Shown piece by piece: positions 60,501 through 64,000 of a stretch of 64,000 nucleotides of DNA. The position numbers and the translations under genes are program-made. Position 1 is the first letter of the stretch. The number at the start of each line of letters is the position of its first letter. The notes under the pieces were generated by a model. The model did no database searches, was not told the DNA's origin, and was given only the letters and a program-made list of their open reading frames with translations. Source of the stretch: Podarcis tiliguerta. Lineage: Eukaryota. The stretch lies in the NCBI GenBank assembly GCA_965153285.1, contig OZ229110.1; one strand, given 5' to 3'.

Positions 60501-63500
60501 CAGCAGGAGGCCCCATTAGCTAAAGTGGTCTTCAGGTTAAGAACAGTTTCAGGTTAAGAACAGACCTCCAGAACAAATTAAGTTCTTAACCTGAGGTCCC
60601 ACTGTAACAACATTAACACTGGTGCTTTTTAGCTAGAAAATACTAGTTGTGTTTGCATGCTTCAGACAGAAAGGATTGTAGCCCATCATGCTGATGCAAG
60701 AAACTGCTATGGTCAGGGATTGGGATCCTTCTGGGGGTGCTACCTAGGATGAAATGTAAACTGCCCTCTTATGCAGATGGGCTTTGAAACAGGTCCCACT
60801 GTTTGTGCCAAATAAGATTAGACATGGGGTTCACACACCCCAGTGTTTGTTGAAGTAGAAGCCCTCCTACTGTGTAGAACTTGGTGTGTGTGTGAGAGAG
60901 AGAATGTTTGAGAACATTTTGCTTAGTTGTCCACAATCTTTTATTGCACACCAGGTTTTTCTCTACCAACTCAGCCACCTGCCATGCAATCTGGCTTTGG
61001 CTCAGTTTCTCGATAAGACAAAAATAAATGCACTTTCTTCCTGTCCTATTTGTAGAAGCTTTTTCCTAGTTCTCTTTATTTGAAGAGTCCTGGGGAGAAT
61101 TGGATATTAGCTTGTTACTTGAGCCCAGCAGTCAGGGGCTGCTGAAGGGGGCAGCCTGGATCTTATTTTCCTAGTTGCATACCTATTTGAGTCTGTGTTA
61201 GTCATCAGTTACTATGGCATCGTCATTGTGCTCAGATCTTTTCTTACCTTTCCCGTATGGGGAGATTGCATATCCAGTGTGTTCTTGGCTTAAAATAAAG
61301 GATACCTAGCAAGTCCCGTGTAGGGCTGCAGAGAAGACAGCTGCAACTCTTCATTGTATTGTCCTTTCCTGCCCCTCAGATTTCCTCCCCCTGAAATGTG
61401 ATGCTTGTGAACAGCTGTTTTGCACTGACCACGTTGCCTACGCCCATCACAACTGCACTTCGGCTTACAAGAAGGTATGTGAAATTTGGAGGGGACAGTC
61501 TGATTGCCTGCGGCACTCTGACGCATCATGTGTAGATGCCCTCTCCACGTTCATGAAACACACTGACCTTGTCTACGCCAAAGGGTGGAATTTGTCCTGC
61601 TGCAGAGGAAGCTGTTTCTTTTCAAAAGCTGAATGTTTTCTGGAAGTACTTCTTATTGGGACTGACTGTTGGTTTGTTGTTGTTACTTCAGTTATTCGTT
61701 CAAAGGCTCCCTGTGCAGCAAACACATCATTAAATGATTATAATTAGAAACATTATGAAAGCTGTTTAGAAACCATCAACATTCTCCCAGCCAATAATTT
61801 CAGGGTTGCCAGGAATAGTAGCTTCCAGGATCAGATAGCTGAGTGAACAGGACAATTTAAAAATTCCTTCTGAAGGTTAGTAATGATAGAAACAAATACA
61901 CCTCACCAGGGACGGCATTCCACAAGTGGAGACCTACCACTGAGCAGGCCCTGTCATGGGTCAATGCCAACCAAGTCGTTCCTAGTGGCTGTAATGGGAC
62001 GTTACACTTTAATGGGACGATGTTCACTCTCTTTAATAGTGAACTTAGGTGGTGAGTGCTGACAGAAATGGAGCCAAAACAGGACCACTGATGGACAAAA
62101 TAGATTATTTGGGGAACTCGGAAGATTTCATAAGAGTGTATGCGTGTGACGCTGTAGTCTAAACCACTGAACCTCTTGGGCTTGCCAATCAGAAGGTTGG
62201 TGGTTCAAATCCCCACGACAGGGTGATCTCCCATTGCTCTTTCCCAGCCTCTCCCAACCTAGCAGTTCAAAAGCATGCCAGTGCAAGTAGATAAATAGGT
62301 ACTGCTGCAGCAGGAAGGTAAACAGCATTTCCATGTGCTCTGGCTTCTGTCATGGTGTCCCATTGTGCCAGAAGCAGTTTAGTCATGCTGGCCCCATGAT
62401 CTGGAAAGCTGTCTGTGGACAAACGCTGGCTCCCTCAGCCTGAAGCAAGATGAGTGCTGCACCCCATAGTCACCTTGATGGAACTTAACCATCAATGGAT
62501 CCTTTACTTTTACCTTTATCTATCTGTCTATCTCCCAGTGAGCAAAAGAATCTCCCCAAACAGCCAGTGAAAACTGCACCTACTCAGGAGATACAGAATT
62601 CTGAATGTCAGTTAGAAAATAAACATGGAGGTTGGCGGGCGGGTGCGGATGGAGAACAGAATACTCTCCTTGGAAGGCATGGCCCTCTGGAACCATGAAC
62701 AGGAGCACACCTTAGGAGATGAGGAGACCCTGCAGCATCTAGTATGCTCTCATACTGAGTGGGCCAGGGGCCATTGTGTAACCTGCTCTCTGTCTGTTCT
62801 GTCCCCAGGATGTGCAGGTCCCCGTGTGCCCACTCTGCAGCATCCCGATCCCTGTCAAGCGGGGAGAGATGCCTGACATTGTGGTGGGAGCACACATTGA
62901 CCAGGACTGCAAATCGGACCCAGCTCAGCGCAAGCGCAAGGTAAGAGGCTTCATCCGTCCTCTCTGCTGCCTCTTGTGGGACACGTTGCTTTAAGTCCAA
63001 CAGAATCAGATAGATAGACATACAACAGTTGGATACAACCTTAATTTTGTGTTTTTCTATGCATATAGAAATATAATTTCCTTATAAATTAATATTTAAA
63101 CATATACACACACAAAATCTGATATGCCCTGTACTCTGGATTGTGTGTCTCAGCAGACTCTGGGTTCCACAAGCAGGTTTGGGGCCATTATTCAGTGATA
63201 GAGTGTGTGTTTTCTTACAAAAAAGTACCTGTAATTTCCAGGTCAGGCTGGGAGAGACCCCTGTCCCAAACGCTGCAGAGTCTTTGCCAGTCAATCAGCT
63301 AGATGGACCAATCATCTTGATATAACACAGCTTGCTATGTTCCTATGCAGTGTGGTCCAGATGGTTAGGGGTCCTTTCAATGGCAGAACTGTGAGCAACC
63401 CACAGCTAGGGATTTCTGTGGGTCTTTCTCTGGAGGGTATCTGAAGGGCTGGGATAACGGATGAGCTGTGCATCCAAACTGAGTAGCACAAGTGAGTTTA

Positions 63501-64000
63501 GACTGGCTGCAGAGTTCAGACTGGCTATGAGCCAAATTGGGGCCAGCCAAGTTAGAAGAACAAGCTTCAAAACAGGGATGGGGGAAATGTGTGGCCCTCC
63601 AGATATTGTTGGACTGCAACTCCCATTAACCCCAGCCAACATGGCCCATGGTTAGAAATGATGGGAGTTGTAGTCCAGCAGCATCTGGAGGCCTGTTCTT
63701 GGGGATTACTGTAATTTGGATGTAATTTCTCATTGGTTAGAGGCTTGCAGTTCGGCATTTCATTGTCATTTGGGCAGTCCAGGACCTCCATGCACACTGC
63801 CCAGGCTTGCGCCCCAGAGAGGTCACTTCGCAATGAGCAAAGGTCTCTTGTATGCATTTACAAAGCAGCTGTGTCCTGGGTGCCCTCCCCCCCCCAACTG
63901 TCTTGAATCACAACTGTGTCCATCTGCCTAGATCTTTACCAACAAGTGTCAGAGGCCTGGCTGCAAGCAACGAGAGATGATGAAGGTTTTGTGTGACCAG
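57498..64000 (+). CDS. ZFAND2B: AN1-type zinc finger protein 2B (AIRAPL), first four coding exons 57498-57552, 61380-61474, 62809-62940, 63932->64000; continues beyond the window
   Basis: MEFPDLGAHCSEPSCKRL|DFLPLKCDACEQLFCTDHVAYAHHNCTSAYKK|DVQVPVCPLCSIPIPVKRGEMPDIVVGAHIDQDCKSDPAQRKRK|IFTNKCQRPGCKQREMMKVLCDQ. Good Kozak context (gcgccATGG), canonical splice sites, AN1 zinc-finger Cys/His pattern. The GAHCSEPSC and SDPAQ..RKIFTNKC wording fits 2B rather than 2A. Confidence 0.93.
58624..60205 (+). mobile_element. tRNA-derived (Squam2-like) SINE split by the L2 insertion: head 58624-58660, remainder about 60071-60205
   Basis: GGCCATAGCTCAGTGGTAGAGCAACTGCTTT continues as CAGAAAGTTCCAGGTTTGATTCCTGGC...GACTCAGTATAAAGGCAGCTTCC. 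Related copies at about 14265-14437(-), 23830-23910(-), 27500-27660(-) and 63235-63345(+). Confidence 0.65.
58661..60070 (+). mobile_element. Decayed L2 LINE ORF2 (reverse transcriptase) remnant
   Basis: Frameshifted remnants resembling DP.Q.G.R..FGTE.ALV...DDL, CLDAVVEWMKANKLSLNPGKMEVL and LWNSLP-like motifs, ending in an A/T-rich tail. Confidence 0.75.
60433..60604 (+). mobile_element. Tc1/mariner MITE, internally deleted copy
   Basis: TA|CAGTGGTACCTTGGGTTAAG...GGTCCCACTG|TA; body similar to the 4668 copy. Confidence 0.8.
62142..62518 (+). mobile_element. Sauria SINE, older copy
   Basis: Same body and TTTACCTTTA tail as the 31631 copy, more diverged. Confidence 0.85.

Overview
Vertebrate nuclear DNA, very probably from a squamate reptile and most likely a lacertid lizard, judged by its Sauria-type and Squam-type SINEs and CR1/L2 LINEs. 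It carries four spliced protein-coding genes, rebuilt by hand from splice signals and exon phase. (1) The 3' end of a divergent RACGAP1-like gene (+, 241-2480). (2) PRKAG3, the AMPK gamma-3 subunit (-, about 9785-21293), with an alternative last coding exon at 6091-6113. (3) A complete TTLL4 tubulin glutamylase (-, 18 coding exons, 30911-48626, about 1145 aa; non-coding first exon at about 56619-56700). (4) The first four coding exons of ZFAND2B/AIRAPL (+, 57498 to the window end), head-to-head with TTLL4 on a shared CpG-island promoter. The rest is introns, UTRs and transposons (SINEs, CR1, L2, Tc1/mariner and hAT MITEs, several nested). The most notable observations are a competing 5' splice-site switch that gives PRKAG3 two related C-termini (GIDALNS vs GIDRYSI), a degenerate 7-aa repeat in the PRKAG3 N-terminus, a RACGAP1 paralog next to PRKAG3, and a hAT element in a TTLL4 intron containing a 159-bp palindrome. 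No prokaryote-type system such as CRISPR is present.
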